DNA of 55,325 nt, the filler included, from Squatina squatina (lineage: Eukaryota), in the NCBI GenBank assembly GCA_031763465.1. It is 4 parts of 4 records of this genome, joined end to end, with 100 filler letters (N's around TTAATTAATTAA, not from the genome) between each part and the next. Parts side by side here need not be neighbours in the genome. Positions count along the whole stretch, not along the records: positions 29,415 to 41,766 come from JARFOE010000080.1; positions 41,867 to 55,325 come from JARFOE010000016.1; 2 more parts are not named here. The stretch is one strand, 5' to 3'. Of this stretch, positions 37,546-49,820 are shown piece after piece. Position numbers and translations under genes: made by a program. The notes below the pieces were generated by a model that saw only the letters and a program-made list of their open reading frames with translations, was not told where the DNA came from and made no database searches. The first letter of the stretch is position 1. Each line of letters begins with the position of its first letter.

Positions 37546-38786
37546 GTAAATATGATGCGCCGGCCAGCTACGTCTTAACTCCAACTGCGACCTCTCGGAT
37601 TCAGTACCTAATTTTCTGAACGTATCAAATGGTGTTGTTGAATATTCTATCTGTTTCTAAATCATAACGAGTGAGGGTCTCCTCTTCTTTACCACCCATT
37701 TTTCGGGCAGTTCCAAAATGGAGGCGGGAAATCGGCCAGAGGCAACTGAGCTGGCTCCCCATTGGATGCTGCCACTTATGATATATTTTCCTTCTTTAAC
37801 ACCGTGGTAATGTTTAATGTCAGGAGCCCCCATTGTGCTTTGGCATTTGGTAATGCTAAGGAGGTGGGGGTTAAGTTTTAAATGGCTCCCCTCCCCCAAC
37901 CAGTCAAGTGCAATGACTCATGGCGGGATCGATCGCACCCGCTCAGCAGAGCTTTTTTCAATGTGTTAAAAATATGTGCCCACTTCTTCAGCTGCCCTGG
38001 AAGCAGCCAATGCTCTACTGCTCCAGGTGACTGAGGCTTGCATAGGCAGTATTCCACTCTTCTGCCCATAGGCTTCCCGACATTGCTGAAAATCCCAGTG
38101 GGATCCTACCAAATATATGCAAATAGAGTTAACCCTGCATATACACCCAGGTAGGGTGTCCAGATCTTATCATTGGCAAACCGGGACAATCAGTCGGTGC
38201 CTACGCAGTCAGGACTCTGCTGAGACTGTGCNNNNNNNNNNNNNNNNNNNNNNNNNNNNNNNNNNNNNNNNNNNNNNNNNNNNNNNNNNNNNNNNNNNNN
38301 NNNNNNNNNNNNNNNNNNNNNNNNNNNNNNNCTCTCAGAGCTAGTCTGAACGAGTTGACCAGCGATACTTTTCAAAAGATAGACTTGTTTTGTTCGTTTA
38401 CTGTCCATGGAGCAGGAAGTCAGCTGGTGAAATGCAGAGGAAGTGCTTGCGAAAGCAGTTGTAGCCTTCGAGGATCACTTTCAAAACACTGAACATTAAG
38501 TTCTCATCAGCAAAAGAGAGGTGGAAAGGCTGGTTCCCTGGACTCTTTATGTAGCAAGCTTGAAATTTAACTTACTTATCAGCAGCGCACAGCAGTATTC
38601 GTAAGTCTTCACTGGGTTAAGCAGGGCAGGATCTTGCAGTTGGTGTGATAGCACAAATTAGCATACAATGGGTGTCTGAGAGCGCGCCGACAGATTTACA
38701 GGATTTTTGCTTTGCTGTCAGCTTTTTAGAGCAAGTGGTGTCGTTGCTTTTTTTTTCCCCTGACCTGTGTGGTGGTTCTGGTGCAG

Positions 38787-39028
38787 GACGGTTCTCCAGG
38801 CGAGTCTCCTCCCAATTCTCCGCCGGTCAGCCCCCGGGCTTCTCCCATCTCCTCGCTGGGCCAGCCCTTCGCACAGGAAGACCCCGACTCGCCCCAGTTC
38901 CGGAGACGGGCTCACACTTTCAGCCACCCACCGTCGAGCAGCAAGCGGAGGATCAGCTTTCCCGATGAGAAGCCGCACCACGGCAGGACTCCAATCTTTC
39001 GCCAGCAGTCGGAGATACTTCGGAGCAG
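38787..39028 (+). CDS. TBC1D4: TBC1D4 exon carrying the Akt/14-3-3 site (human Thr642)
   Basis: gtgcag acceptor and gtaaaa donor; [18 protein letters not shown]. Confidence 0.93.
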
Positions 39029-39576
39029 GTAAAATGTTTGTGGGGGTGGAGACAGAGGAGTGTCATTGTCTGGAGATGAGTACGCTTGGAACATTGGTTC
39101 AGCGTGACGTCTTTAATTACTTCTCTCTCTCTGTCCCTTTGTTTGTGGAACTGCTTATCTCCTAATGCTGCAGCGATGATGTTCCTTCTCAGNNNNNNNN
39201 NNNNNNNNNNNNNNNNNNNNNNNNNNNNNNNNNNNNNNNNNNNNNNNNNNNNNNNNNNNNNNNNNNNNNNNNNNNNNNNNNNNNNNNNNNNNATTTGTCT
39301 AGCCAGGACCACCCTATCCAGTAGGGAAGTGGCCTGTAGTTACCTGGAGCTGAGTGGGAAAGCTTCCAATCCCCAGTGACGGGAGGCGGGCTGTCCTCCA
39401 TTCCCCAAGGCCCCATCAATGAGCTAGCTCAATCATTAACAGCACCCAGGAGTATAGCAGACTTGCTTGACTCTGGTATCATATTACCAGGCCTGTTACA
39501 GAGGATCAGCTCGATCCTAGTCCTGTATTACCAGTCTTGTCATCTTAGAATCAATCTGACCCCAAAAGAAACTAAT

Positions 39577-39743
39577 GGGGCGAAATAGGTCTTCAGTTGT
39601 ATCAAAAGTGGGCGATAGTGGATCTGCAGCCTGTAGGACACTGCGGCTGAGGTCAATGGGGAAATAAAATTGGACACAATGTAAAATGGGCTGCCGGTTC
39701 CTGATCGCCCGTCTTCACCACCGCCGAAGATTAATTTCACACC
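39577..39743. mobile_element. 167-bp MITE-like element
   Basis: TIR GGGGCGAAATAGGTCTTC versus end reverse complement GGTGTGAAATTAATCTTC (13/18 identical). Confidence 0.55.
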
Positions 39744-40264
39744 TTTTTGTCATGTTGTAAGAATCACAGGTTTGAGTTCCAGCTTTCAACACATTGATAT
39801 TTCTTGTTCTTCGCAATATGCTAATGAATCTCTCACGTTAAGTCAGAGGATACACTATTTTAAGAAAGGGAGCATTATTTTGTGTAAGGTTCTGGTGCTA
39901 ATGTGCAGCTGTGTGTAACCTGCCATGTCCCTTTCAGGCCACAATGTCTAATTGCTGTGCCTTCCTGAGCTCAGTTAAACATTGTTTGTTCTTGGACCAT
40001 TTGGAGCTCAGAACAAACCAGCACAATTTAAAAAATATATGATGCCTGAGATCAATTGGAAACCGCTTTCTGTTCATCTATTAATTGGACATGAGTGGCT
40101 TTTTACATGTCACAAAGTTCAGACACATAACAAGTGGTCTGTGAAGTGTGACAAGATGATTCTTTAACTTTCATATGGATGTTATTTAGTTGCTCATGGT
40201 GACTGAATAAGTCAAATTCTGTTTTTATTGCCTAAGAATCTGGGATTTTTCTGTGTTTTTACAG

Positions 40265-40509
40265 GACGAACATTTCCCACCCATGCATATTTCTCGGCAC
40301 AGCTGGGAGCCGGCCAACTCTCGCTGTTTAATCTCCTCAAGGCCTACTCGTTGCTGGACAAGGAGGTGGGCTACTGCCAGGGCATCAGTTTTGTGGCTGG
40401 GGTACTCCTTCTGCACACAAGTGAAGAGCAGGCCTTCAAGATGCTGAAGTTCCTGATGTACGACCTAGGCTTCCGCAAACAGTACAGGCCCGACATGATG
40501 TCACTGCAG
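40265..40509 (+). CDS. TBC1D4: TBC1D4 Rab-GAP domain exon (Arg and Gln fingers)
   Basis: ttacag acceptor and gtatcg donor, 245 nt; [46 protein letters not shown]...DMMSLQ. Confidence 0.96.
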
Positions 40510-41320
40510 GTATCGTGCGAGTTGTTCGGCTTCTTAAAAAAAAAGCTGCGGTTTTTGATTTACGATGCAGTCAATCTATTTCCAAAATACTCTGATTTGT
40601 AACAATCAAATCTTCTCAGCTTGGGTGCAGAACTACTTGTGTTGGCCTGGAGTTTACAGTCAGAGGCAAATGAACAGCACACACCATTCATTAAGCTTAC
40701 ACTTGCCCACAGAATTTCTATGGGCCTTTACAATGTGATTTGCGGTAATTAGAGAGCTGAAACAGCGCAGCACCCTCCACAGGGTGTCTTGGAACAGGGC
40801 AAGCAATGGCATGTCTCCTCAACCAAACAGATTGAAGAATCCTTCCAGAGACACACAGGGTATTATTTTGATGAAAGAGTGAAAACAAGCACTAAATGGA
40901 TGTTGTGCGAATAAGACACGCCTGTTTGAAAGTCTAGTTTTAGCACACAATTTTGGTCCTAAGAGCTGATTATCATAATTTGAACTTGCCTGGAGGTGCA
41001 TAAACAGACATCTCAGCACTGATTAGAAGCAATTTTCGTGGAGCGGTATATGTGGGCTCTATGCATCCACTTCCACTTTAGGTGTGGAGGAAACTGGCTG
41101 ACACACATCGGCAGGTCTCAGGATGGCTCAGGAACTGAGGGAGAAGGCACAAAGANNNNNNNNNNNNNNNNNNNNNNNNNNNNNNNNNNNNNNNNNNNNN
41201 NNNNNNNNNNNNNNNNNNNNNNNNNNNNNNNNNNNNNNNNNNNNNNNNNNNNNNNAATGGCAGCAAGATGTGTGTGCTGCCTGCTGAAAACATACTGAAA
41301 ACACTTTGTCCTTTGGGCAG

Positions 41321-41480
41321 ATTCAGATGTACCAGCTGTCAAGACTTCTGCACGACTACCACCGGGATCTGTACAACCACCTAGAGGACAATGAGGTCAG
41401 CCCCAGCCTCTACGCAGCTCCATGGTTTCTCACTTTTTTCGCCTCCCAGTTCCCACTGGGATTTGTAGCCAGGGTCTTTG
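41321..41480 (+). CDS. TBC1D4: TBC1D4 Rab-GAP domain exon
   Basis: gggcag acceptor and gtaagt donor, 160 nt; [53 protein letters not shown]. Confidence 0.96.
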
Positions 41481-41766
41481 GTAAGTGATGGTCTTCATGT
41501 TCAGAATTTTATAGCTGATACAGAACAAGCATTTCCTGTCAACTGGGGGTTTGGGTAATGTTTTCCTTGAACATAAGCAGGCGTGGATCAACAAAAGACT
41601 ATTTGGCCCATCGAGCTCATTTTTTCAGAGACCATGGGGCCAAAATTCCACTTTTTTTCCAACCCGCTAGCGCCCCGGGAGGTCGCGGAAGCGCAAAGCC
41701 CTGTGCGCCGCGCCCCGCGAGATTCGCCCCGGGTCGGCACACCATGCCATCAAAAGGCTGCGCCGC

Positions 41767-41866
41767 NNNNNNNNNNNNNNNNNNNNNNNNNNNNNNNNNN
41801 NNNNNNNNNNTTAATTAATTAANNNNNNNNNNNNNNNNNNNNNNNNNNNNNNNNNNNNNNNNNNNN
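41767..41866. other. Artificial scaffold linker
   Basis: TTAATTAATTAA at 41811-41822 flanked by 44 N on each side. Confidence 0.95.
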
Positions 41867-44800
41867 CAGAGAGTAAGAGAGAGAGAGGGGGGACTGGTCT
41901 TCCAATCCAAGATGTTCCTTGTGCTTCGCTCCCCTAAACTCTGCTTGGAGCACACGGTAACCTCTCAGGCTGGTAGGATTTATCTCAACCCCCACCCCTG
42001 GTTGTATAAGTGTGCTCTGGCACTCTGAGGCAATACGATTTTAACATAATGAAGTATCGGGGGGAGGGAGGGTGGGACGTGAGAGAAAAAGCACAAATAA
42101 AGCAATTTGTCAGTCAGTTTAAGAATAGTTTTAATAATTTTTTACGGTTCTTAAAGAACGAGCAGGTATATTTGCACTTCATCTGCAGTCTAGCCAAAAT
42201 ATTATTTAAGGTGTTAACTCGAATGAGAAAGCACAACAATCATGTAGGAAACAGAAGAGCTGGTTTTAGAAAGACAATAATTTGTACATAGTGTTTACAA
42301 AGACTTTTGTGTTTATTAGAATTCCGTTATTTTTGGTATCGGACCCTGTACATACGATTACGCTCTGCAGTCCGTGTGCAAAGACATACTCGCAAACTTT
42401 GTACTTATTTTGTAAAGAAATACAACCGCTGTGTATTAAACATTTTATGTGGGCTCCTTTCTCTCATTAACACTGAAAGAACATTTAAAAAAAAAGTCCA
42501 ACCCCCTCCCCAGTTATGTGGAAAGTGTAGGGGATAGTGGGACTAATTTAATAATCACTCTTTCAAAGAGCCAGCACAGGCATGATGGGCCGAATGGCCT
42601 CTCTCTGTGCTGTGAGATTCTGTGATTTCCTTCCATTACCTGCTTTGGGGGCAAGGAATCCAGCAGCACGACTGATGTTTCTTTGACATTCAATCCTCCC
42701 TTCCCAACACACATCAATCCAATTGACCTCAGAAAGAAATACTTGTATTTATATAGCACCTTTTATGACCTCAGGATGTCCCAAAGCGCCTTACAGCCAA
42801 TGAAGTACTTTTGAAGTGTCGTCACTGGTGTAATGTGGGAAACGCGACAGCCAATTTGCGCACAGCAAGCTCCCATAAAGANNNNNNNNNNNNNNNNNNN
42901 NNNNNNNNNNNNNNNNNNNNNNNNNNNNNNNNNNNNNNNNNNNNNNNNNNNNNNNNNNNNNNNNNNNNNNNNNNNNNNNNNTTAAGGAAGGGACTGAGAG
43001 GGTAAATACTAAAGTGGTCATTTCTACTGATCAATGAATCAATAATGAAGGGGCTCCTGATTCGTATTTATATGACAGTAGTTGTACATTCTATACATTC
43101 ACATCAAGGGATCTGTATGCACTCAAGAGCTGGAGGGCACCATTAGTTGGTATTTAGTTTGGCAAACTCCCGTTTCCTCTCAGAGCAGCTCGACATCTGC
43201 TTAACATTTGGTACATGGTTCAAAGATGGAACAGATGGCATCAATACAAACTCACCAATGGAATGACTTCAAGCACTGTGTGAAAAACACACAAGCGTCG
43301 GTCTCACAGCAGAGCGTAAAGCCACACCTGGTCGAGTTACCAGCCTTCCCAGAGATGTGGCGAATGTCTCGGTGAAGGGAAATGGCTGGGGAAATTTGGA
43401 GCTCCCAGAGGAGGGACGGGGAAATCAGTGCAATTGTGTGTTATGCCTTCTTCGAGCAAGGGGATTGCAGGAGCGCTGAATTTTCCCCGTGAAAGATCAG
43501 GCGATAGATTTTACAAAACTGGGTGTGCCGACCTTGGAACCAAAAATCACTAAGTGTGAAACTCCCATTCTTCAGACCTTACTTTTGAACAGTAGTACAA
43601 TATTTGCTGATGGATAGAAAGCTTTGCAAGCTCACTGAAACTCTTCTGATGTTTTGCCATGTCTGTCACAAACAGCTGAGGAGCGAGTGATTCACAATAC
43701 TGGATTAGGATTTGTGAAATATGGAGAGTTTGTGCAGGGACATTCCACAGCTAACTTGTAAATGGAGATTCCGAGTTTTGTTCAAAATGTTAACTGCACT
43801 GACTGTAAGAGCACTTCTGTATTATCAGGATTTTCTTTAAAATAATCCAAAAATTTCCCTACCACTGATATTAAACCAATGAGCCCACAATTTCCCATGT
43901 TAACTCCATCGGCCTTTGTGAAAGTGGGTATGATACCAGCCACTATTGACTCGATAGAATCTAGAAATATCATTTCTGGGGTCTCTACTATTTCATCTTC
44001 CAATTTCTATTGGAACCCTGGGAGGCATCGCTTCAGGTCCCAGCATGTTGTCCTCATTTAGCCTCTCCAATGCTTTATATCAGCCACCTTACTTCTTCCA
44101 ATATCCTCATTTTGTAAATCCAACACTCAAATATCCCTGCCATTTAGTTCAGCTACTAACTCACTGCCCTGCCTGATAATTTGTATCATTTTTATTGCAA
44201 TTCTCCACAATATTCATTTGTTTCTCTATCCACCAACTTCAGAACTCAACACAAACAGGCCATTTTTAATTTCTAATCTACCCATAGCATTCAGAAATTG
44301 GACTTTTTAAAATTGCAAGGATTTTTTTTTTTTATATAAACTTTAAAAAAAACATGTTTGAGATGTGGTAGGCCAGTGTTTATTGCCCATCCCTAGTTGG
44401 GCTTGAGAAGGTGGTGATGAGCCGCCTTCTTGAACCGCTGCAGTCCGTGTGGTGAAGGAACTCCCACAGTGCTGTTAGNNNNNNNNNNNNNNNNNNNNNN
44501 NNNNNNNNNNNNNNNNNNNNNNNNNNNNNNNNNNNNNNNNNNNNNNNNNNNNNNNNNNNNNNNNNNNNNNNNNNNNNNCTTCTACACTATTATAATAACT
44601 TTGCATTCACAGTAATGAAATTGCAAATTGGATTTTTAAAAAAATAAAGCTCCCCACCCAAAAAAAAGTTTTTGCAAAGGTTGCCGTGCTATTTAATGAA
44701 TGATTTCGCCTCCCTTCCTCACCGCGCATTGTGTAAAAGTGGAACAAGTTTGTTCCTGAGTTGTGCTGTACAGAAAGCAATCCCAGTTACCTGCAGCTCA

Positions 44801-45203
44801 AATTCCTGTACTTTCTCTCTCTCGTATGTTTTTAAAATTGATCTTTGGCGCCAACTAGCTGGATATTCATGCAGTGTAACTTTTAAGGGGAATGGTTAGG
44901 TGTAACTTTATTCGGCGCCAGAAAATAACGTGCCATTTATAATAACTCTAAAATCATTGAGTCATATTATTAAGTTATTTTTAACTTTCTGTTGGTGAAA
45001 GTATGAATCCATTTATTTTAAAGGATTATTACCTCAATTTTAAAAAAAAGCAATTTAAAAAATATTCATTCCTGGGATGTTGGCGAAGGACTAGCGATAT
45101 ACTNNNNNNNNNNNNNNNNNNNNNNNNNNNNNNNNNNNNNNNNNNNNNNNNNNNNNNNNNNNNNNNNNNNNNNNNNNNNNNNNNNNNNNNNNNNNNNNNN
45201 NNN

Positions 45204-45410
45204 ATGATGGTGCAAGACAAAAGGAGATGGTAATGGGACAAGTGAAGAAAAAGAAGATGGGTCTAGAGGTGGTAAATGGGAATATCAGAATCATCTGCTG
45301 CTTGAAAAAATGGGGGCAGAGGTTATGCTCTAAAATTGTTGAACTCGATGTTAAGCCCGGAAGGCTGCAAAGTGCCTAATAGAAAGGTTAGGTGCTATTC
45401 CTCGAACTTC
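45204..45410 (-). mobile_element. Penelope-like element 3' end (GIY-YIG endonuclease C-terminus)
   Basis: Minus strand reads KFEE*HLTFLLGTLQPSGLNIEFNNFRA*, the conserved PLE terminal motif. Confidence 0.75.
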
Positions 45411-46118
45411 TATGAATATCCTTTGGATATTTTTAAAGGTGAGATTTATTTTTTCCTTCATCCCTTGAAATTGGATATATACTTGCCGAGGAGAAATTTG
45501 CAGGGCTACGGGAAATATCGGGGGAGTGCGATTAATTGGGTAACTCTTTCAAAGAGCCAACACAGACACGATGGATCAAATGGTCTCCTTCTGAGCTGTT
45601 TGATTCTATGATTCTTTTCCATGATTCTTAGTCTCGGTCTCTTCCCCCCATCAAAAGCCATGCTTGGCTAAGCGGATGTCCAGGCAACCTGCTGCCAGNN
45701 NNNNNNNNCCTCCACCAAGGCCTCTGATATGGTCCTCTAGTGGCATGAGAATGCAACTTGGAGATGATTACTCTTCACCCTGATGGAGCAGCTGGCCTCC
45801 ACTGGGCACTGGGTAAGCCAAGATCAGAAATTCAATGTGTGGAGAATCATGGAGAGATACCTTCATCCCACTAATACACTATGATAATAGGAAAAATGGA
45901 AACCATTCCTCTTTCAGGTACCCAGTGTTCATGCACATCAAACACTCCTGGATCAAGCATAGCACAGTTAGATGCAGAACAAAACTCCTTTTTTGCCTTC
46001 CCCAATAATGTCCCTCAGCCCCAACTTCAGTAATGTATTAATGCTCCAACGCACTACGCTAATTGGCCTGACCTTTAAATTTAATAATATCTTTGTCAAA
46101 ATTCACATTCTTGCACAG

Positions 46119-46542
46119 AGCGCAAGTGGCAGTGAGGCTGATGGCGAAGCATGGTATTCGGGCAGCATGGAGGAGTTTGTGACTGTGGATGAGGTGGGCG
46201 AAGAGGAAGAGCATTCGATGGAGATACAACAAGAGGTACCCGAGGTCAAGGAGAGTGACTGTATTCAAGCTGAACAGGATAGAAACATGGAAACAAGCAA
46301 TGCAGATCTAATAATAAAAGAGACAATTCCCGACTGTGAGCATCCCAGTGACAATCGTCATAGCACTTCACCCGAAGGGCTCAGACTAATGAGTCTGACT
46401 TCTTCTCTAGGCAGTGACCAATTCAGCGTGGAATCTGCGAGTCATTCTCAATTAACGTCTAACTCGATGAGTGAAATCGAACAGAATCTGAGAACTGATG
46501 TGAAGCAACCAGAAACCCCTGTGAGTTGTAAAAGCTGTGAAA
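46119..46542 (+). CDS. RBM20: RNA-binding protein 20, glutamate-rich region exon (truncated by a gap)
   Basis: ttgcacag acceptor; [27 protein letters not shown] resembles human [27 protein letters not shown]. The paralogues MATR3 and ZNF638 share only the core motif. Confidence 0.8.
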
Positions 46543-46642
46543 NNNNNNNNNNNNNNNNNNNNNNNNNNNNNNNNNNNNNNNNNNNNNNNNNNNNNNNNNN
46601 NNNNNNNNNNNNNNNNNNNNNNNNNNNNNNNNNNNNNNNNNN

Positions 46643-47100
46643 CTTGGGTTCAAATAGAGCGCCAATATTCGAGTCATTTCTGTTCAGGTGTTAGGCTAAC
46701 TGGTCTATAATTCCCTAATTTCTTTCTCACCATTCTTAAATAGTGAAGTGATGTGCAATTTTCCTATCTAAAGGCATGGTTCCTGAATCAAGAGAACCAT
46801 GGAAGATCATAGTGAGGCCATCTGCAATGTTCTCACCTGCTTCCTTTAAAACCCTGGGATGAAAACCATCTGGTCCTGGGGATTTATCATCTTTAGTTCC
46901 ATTATTTTCTTCATTACCGTTAACTTGCTGACATTAATTTAGTGCCATTATTTTTTTCATTACTGTTAATTTGCTTAGGTTAATTTGCTTGGGATGTCTG
47001 GCATGCTATCCTCTCCCTCTACTGATGCAAAGTAATTATTTAACATATTTGCGATTTCCTTATTTTCATTTATATCACCATTATTAGATTTTGCTCTTAC
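46643..47100 (-). mobile_element. CR1 ORF2 fragment
   Basis: Reverse strand encodes KSPGPDGFHPRVLKEAGENIADGLTMIFHGSLDSG. Confidence 0.8.
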
Positions 47101-47896
47101 CACCCTATTNNNNNNNNNNATAGCTCGGAGTATATTTTTTGCCATTCTTGTAAGCTTTATATTTTAGCTTTATCTACTGAATGTCAGAAATATCAACCAA
47201 GAGGTCCTGATTTTGGGGGTAGGTAGAATTATCACCTGGAAATTCCACAGTATAACAAAAGATTTTAAAAATTGAATTTTTTTAAATTTAATTTATTTAT
47301 TTTTTAAGAGCTTCACTGGACATTTCTCCCATGCTGAGCTCTTGTAATTACAAACCAGAGCATGATTCTGTACACAGTATCTAGTGATATGGAACTGCCT
47401 AGGGTTCAAACAGAAACCCTCATCAGCCTGACCAAATGCTCAATTGGCCGTTGGTCAATGAGTAACCCAAGAAAGGACAAACTTCCAGTCATGCGCCTGC
47501 AAATACAAAACGATTCAATCTCCATTAGCCATATTGTAGTAGTAATTAATTATACAATAGATTCTGAAAAAAGATTGCAAGCTTGTTCATATTTATAAAT
47601 ACTTACCAGCTCACCGTTTAACCTTAGGTTAGCGCAGTTAATTCGCTGCATTATTAATTCAAAAACAAATACAAGATTAATAGATTATTGACCCAAGTGT
47701 AGTTTTGTGACTAAAGGTGGGTCACAAGTATAAGGACCACATAAGGTCGATCCTCAATCCACCACAGTAATGAAGTTAACCTCAGTCAGCAATGCTTTTT
47801 AATAGATCCTGTTTAATGCAAGTATCCAGATTTTGTGCACGTGAAGGAGTAGGGAATTTTGATCCTCTCCCACAGGGGTCTTATACATATATATAG

Positions 47897-47941
47897 ATCG
47901 CTTCTCGGCCTTATGGCCAAGATCAAGTGATCAACTGTAGT
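47897..47941 (+). pseudogene. 5' U2 snRNA fragment (nt 1-37) with an internal 8-nt duplication
   Basis: ATCGCTTCTCGGCCTTATGGCCAAGATCAAGT-GATCAACT-GTAGT versus U2 ATCGCTTCTCGGCCTTTTGGCTAAGATCAAGTGTAGT. Confidence 0.85.
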
Positions 47942-47944
47942 GGG

Positions 47945-48171
47945 AGAGAGAAAGGACGAAAAGAAAAAAAAGTGAGAAAAGAAAGAGATGGAAAGAAAAG
48001 AGCAAGAGAAAGAAAAAAGCAGCAGTGAGAGAGCAAAAGCAAGAGAAAGGAGAGATAGAAAGAGGGAAAAAGAGAGAGAATCAGGAAAGAAAAAAGAGGT
48101 GGTTATCACCGCCAAAAAAAAGATACTAAAGGCATAAAGGGAAATGGGGAGAGCAGGAGAATGGCATTGAG
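47945..48171. repeat. Purine-rich low-complexity tract
   Basis: Runs made almost entirely of A and G. Confidence 0.8.
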
Positions 48172-48900
48172 ANNNNNNNNNNNNNNNNNNNNNNNNNNNN
48201 NNNNNNNNNNNNNNNNNNNNNNNNNNNNNNNNNNNNNNNNNNNNNNNNNNNNNNNNNNNNNNNNNNNNNNNNNNNNNNNNNNNNNNNNNNNNNNNNNNNN
48301 NNNNNNNNNNNNNNNNNNNNNNNNNNNNNNNNNNNNNNNNNNNNNNNNNNNNNNNNNNNNNNNNNNNNNNNNNNNNNNNNNNNNNNNNNNNNNNNNNNNN
48401 NNNNNNNNNNNNNNNNNNNNNNNNNNNNNNNNNNNNNNNNNNNNNNNNNNNNNNNNNNNNNNNNNNNNNNNNNNNNNNNNNNNNNNNNNNNNNNNNNNNN
48501 NNNNNNNNNNNNNNNNNNNNNNNNNNNNNNNNNNNNNNNNNNNNNNNNNNNNNNNNNNNNNNNNNNNNNNNNNNNNNNNNNNNNNNNNNNNNNNNNNNNN
48601 NNNNNNNNNNNNNNNNNNNNNNNNNNNNNNNNNNNNNNNNNNNNNNNNNNNNNNNNNNNNNNNNNNNNNNNNNNNNNNNNNNNNNNNNNNNNNNNNNNNN
48701 NNNNNNNNAATTTGAGGCAGGCTGGATGTGTGCAGTTAATTCTTCAAAGCCTTTTAACTGCCCATTCTTTTTCAGGTGGAATTTACTAAAGGGCAAAAAA
48801 AAAGTGTGTGCTGGAGATGTATTTAGGGAGATGGAGAGACATTTATAACCTGCAGAACACATTAGTGTCTGACTCATGCAGCAGATCCTGTAGTGTAGTC

Positions 48901-48922
48901 ACACACACACACACACACACAC
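48901..48922. repeat. (AC)n microsatellite
   Basis: acacacacacacacacacacac. Confidence 0.95.
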
Positions 48923-49395
48923 CATCTAAAAATCAATGAGCAGTCAGAATGCCCAGTATATTTATACAGAGATAATAAAACCTGATTAGAATGGAAGTCT
49001 TTTGTACTGAAAGGTTAACTAGCCTGGCAGAAAAATTGCACATTGTGAAATATTTTATTGACTGCTAATCCTTTGCCCCTTTACTCCCAGTTAAATTAGA
49101 TTTCTTAAATAGGCTCATAAAGCGCTGTTGAAAACTGCTAACAAGGCCAGTGTTGACCCTTGTTCCAAACTAGTGGAAGTGATTGCAGCTTGCTGCTGAA
49201 GTGTGCTGCATCCAGTCACGCATGTAATTTAGAAACCAGACATTCCCTGAGACTTGTCAGCACCAACCAGCTTTTCAGAATTAAAGCCTCTCTGTNNNNN
49301 NNNNNNNNNNNNNNNNNNNNNNNNNNNNNNNNNNNNNNNNNNNNNNNNNNNNNNNNNNNNNNNNNNNNNNNNNNNNNNNNNNNNNNNNNNNNNNN

Positions 49396-49820
49396 CAGCA
49401 CCTTTCACGACCACCAAATGTTCCAAAGTGCTTTACAGCCAATGAAGTACTTTTGAAGTGTAGTCACTGCTGTAATGTAGGAAACGTGGCAGATAATGTG
49501 CTCCCACAAACTGCAGTGAGATAATGAGCAGTTAACCTGTTTTAGTGATGTTGATTGAGGGATAAATATTGGCCAGGACCCCGGGGATAGCTCCCATGCT
49601 TCTCTACGAAATAGTGCCGTGGGATCTTTTACGTCCACCTGAGAGAGCAGATGGGACTTCAGTTTAACTTCTTCTGAAAGACGGCACCTCCGACAGTGCA
49701 GCACTCCCTCAGTACTGCACTGGAGTGTCAGCCTGGATTTTTGTGCTTAAGTCACTGGAGTGGGGCTTGAAACCAGAACCTGCTAACTCAGAGGCGAGGG
49801 TATTATCAACCGAACCACCG
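49396..49820 (-). mobile_element. Near full-length SacSINE1-like Deu-SINE
   Basis: Minus strand: tRNA head with GGTTTCAAGCCCC, Deu domain GATCCCACGGCACTATTTCG...CCTGGCCAATATTTATCCCTCAATCAAC, L2-type tail. Confidence 0.85.

Noticed and set aside
44845-44920. Two E2F-like GGCGCCA motifs
   Set aside because: No linked transcription start or gene; insufficient evidence
47897-47941. Functional U2 snRNA gene
   Set aside because: Only the first 37 nt are present; no Sm site or 3' stem-loops
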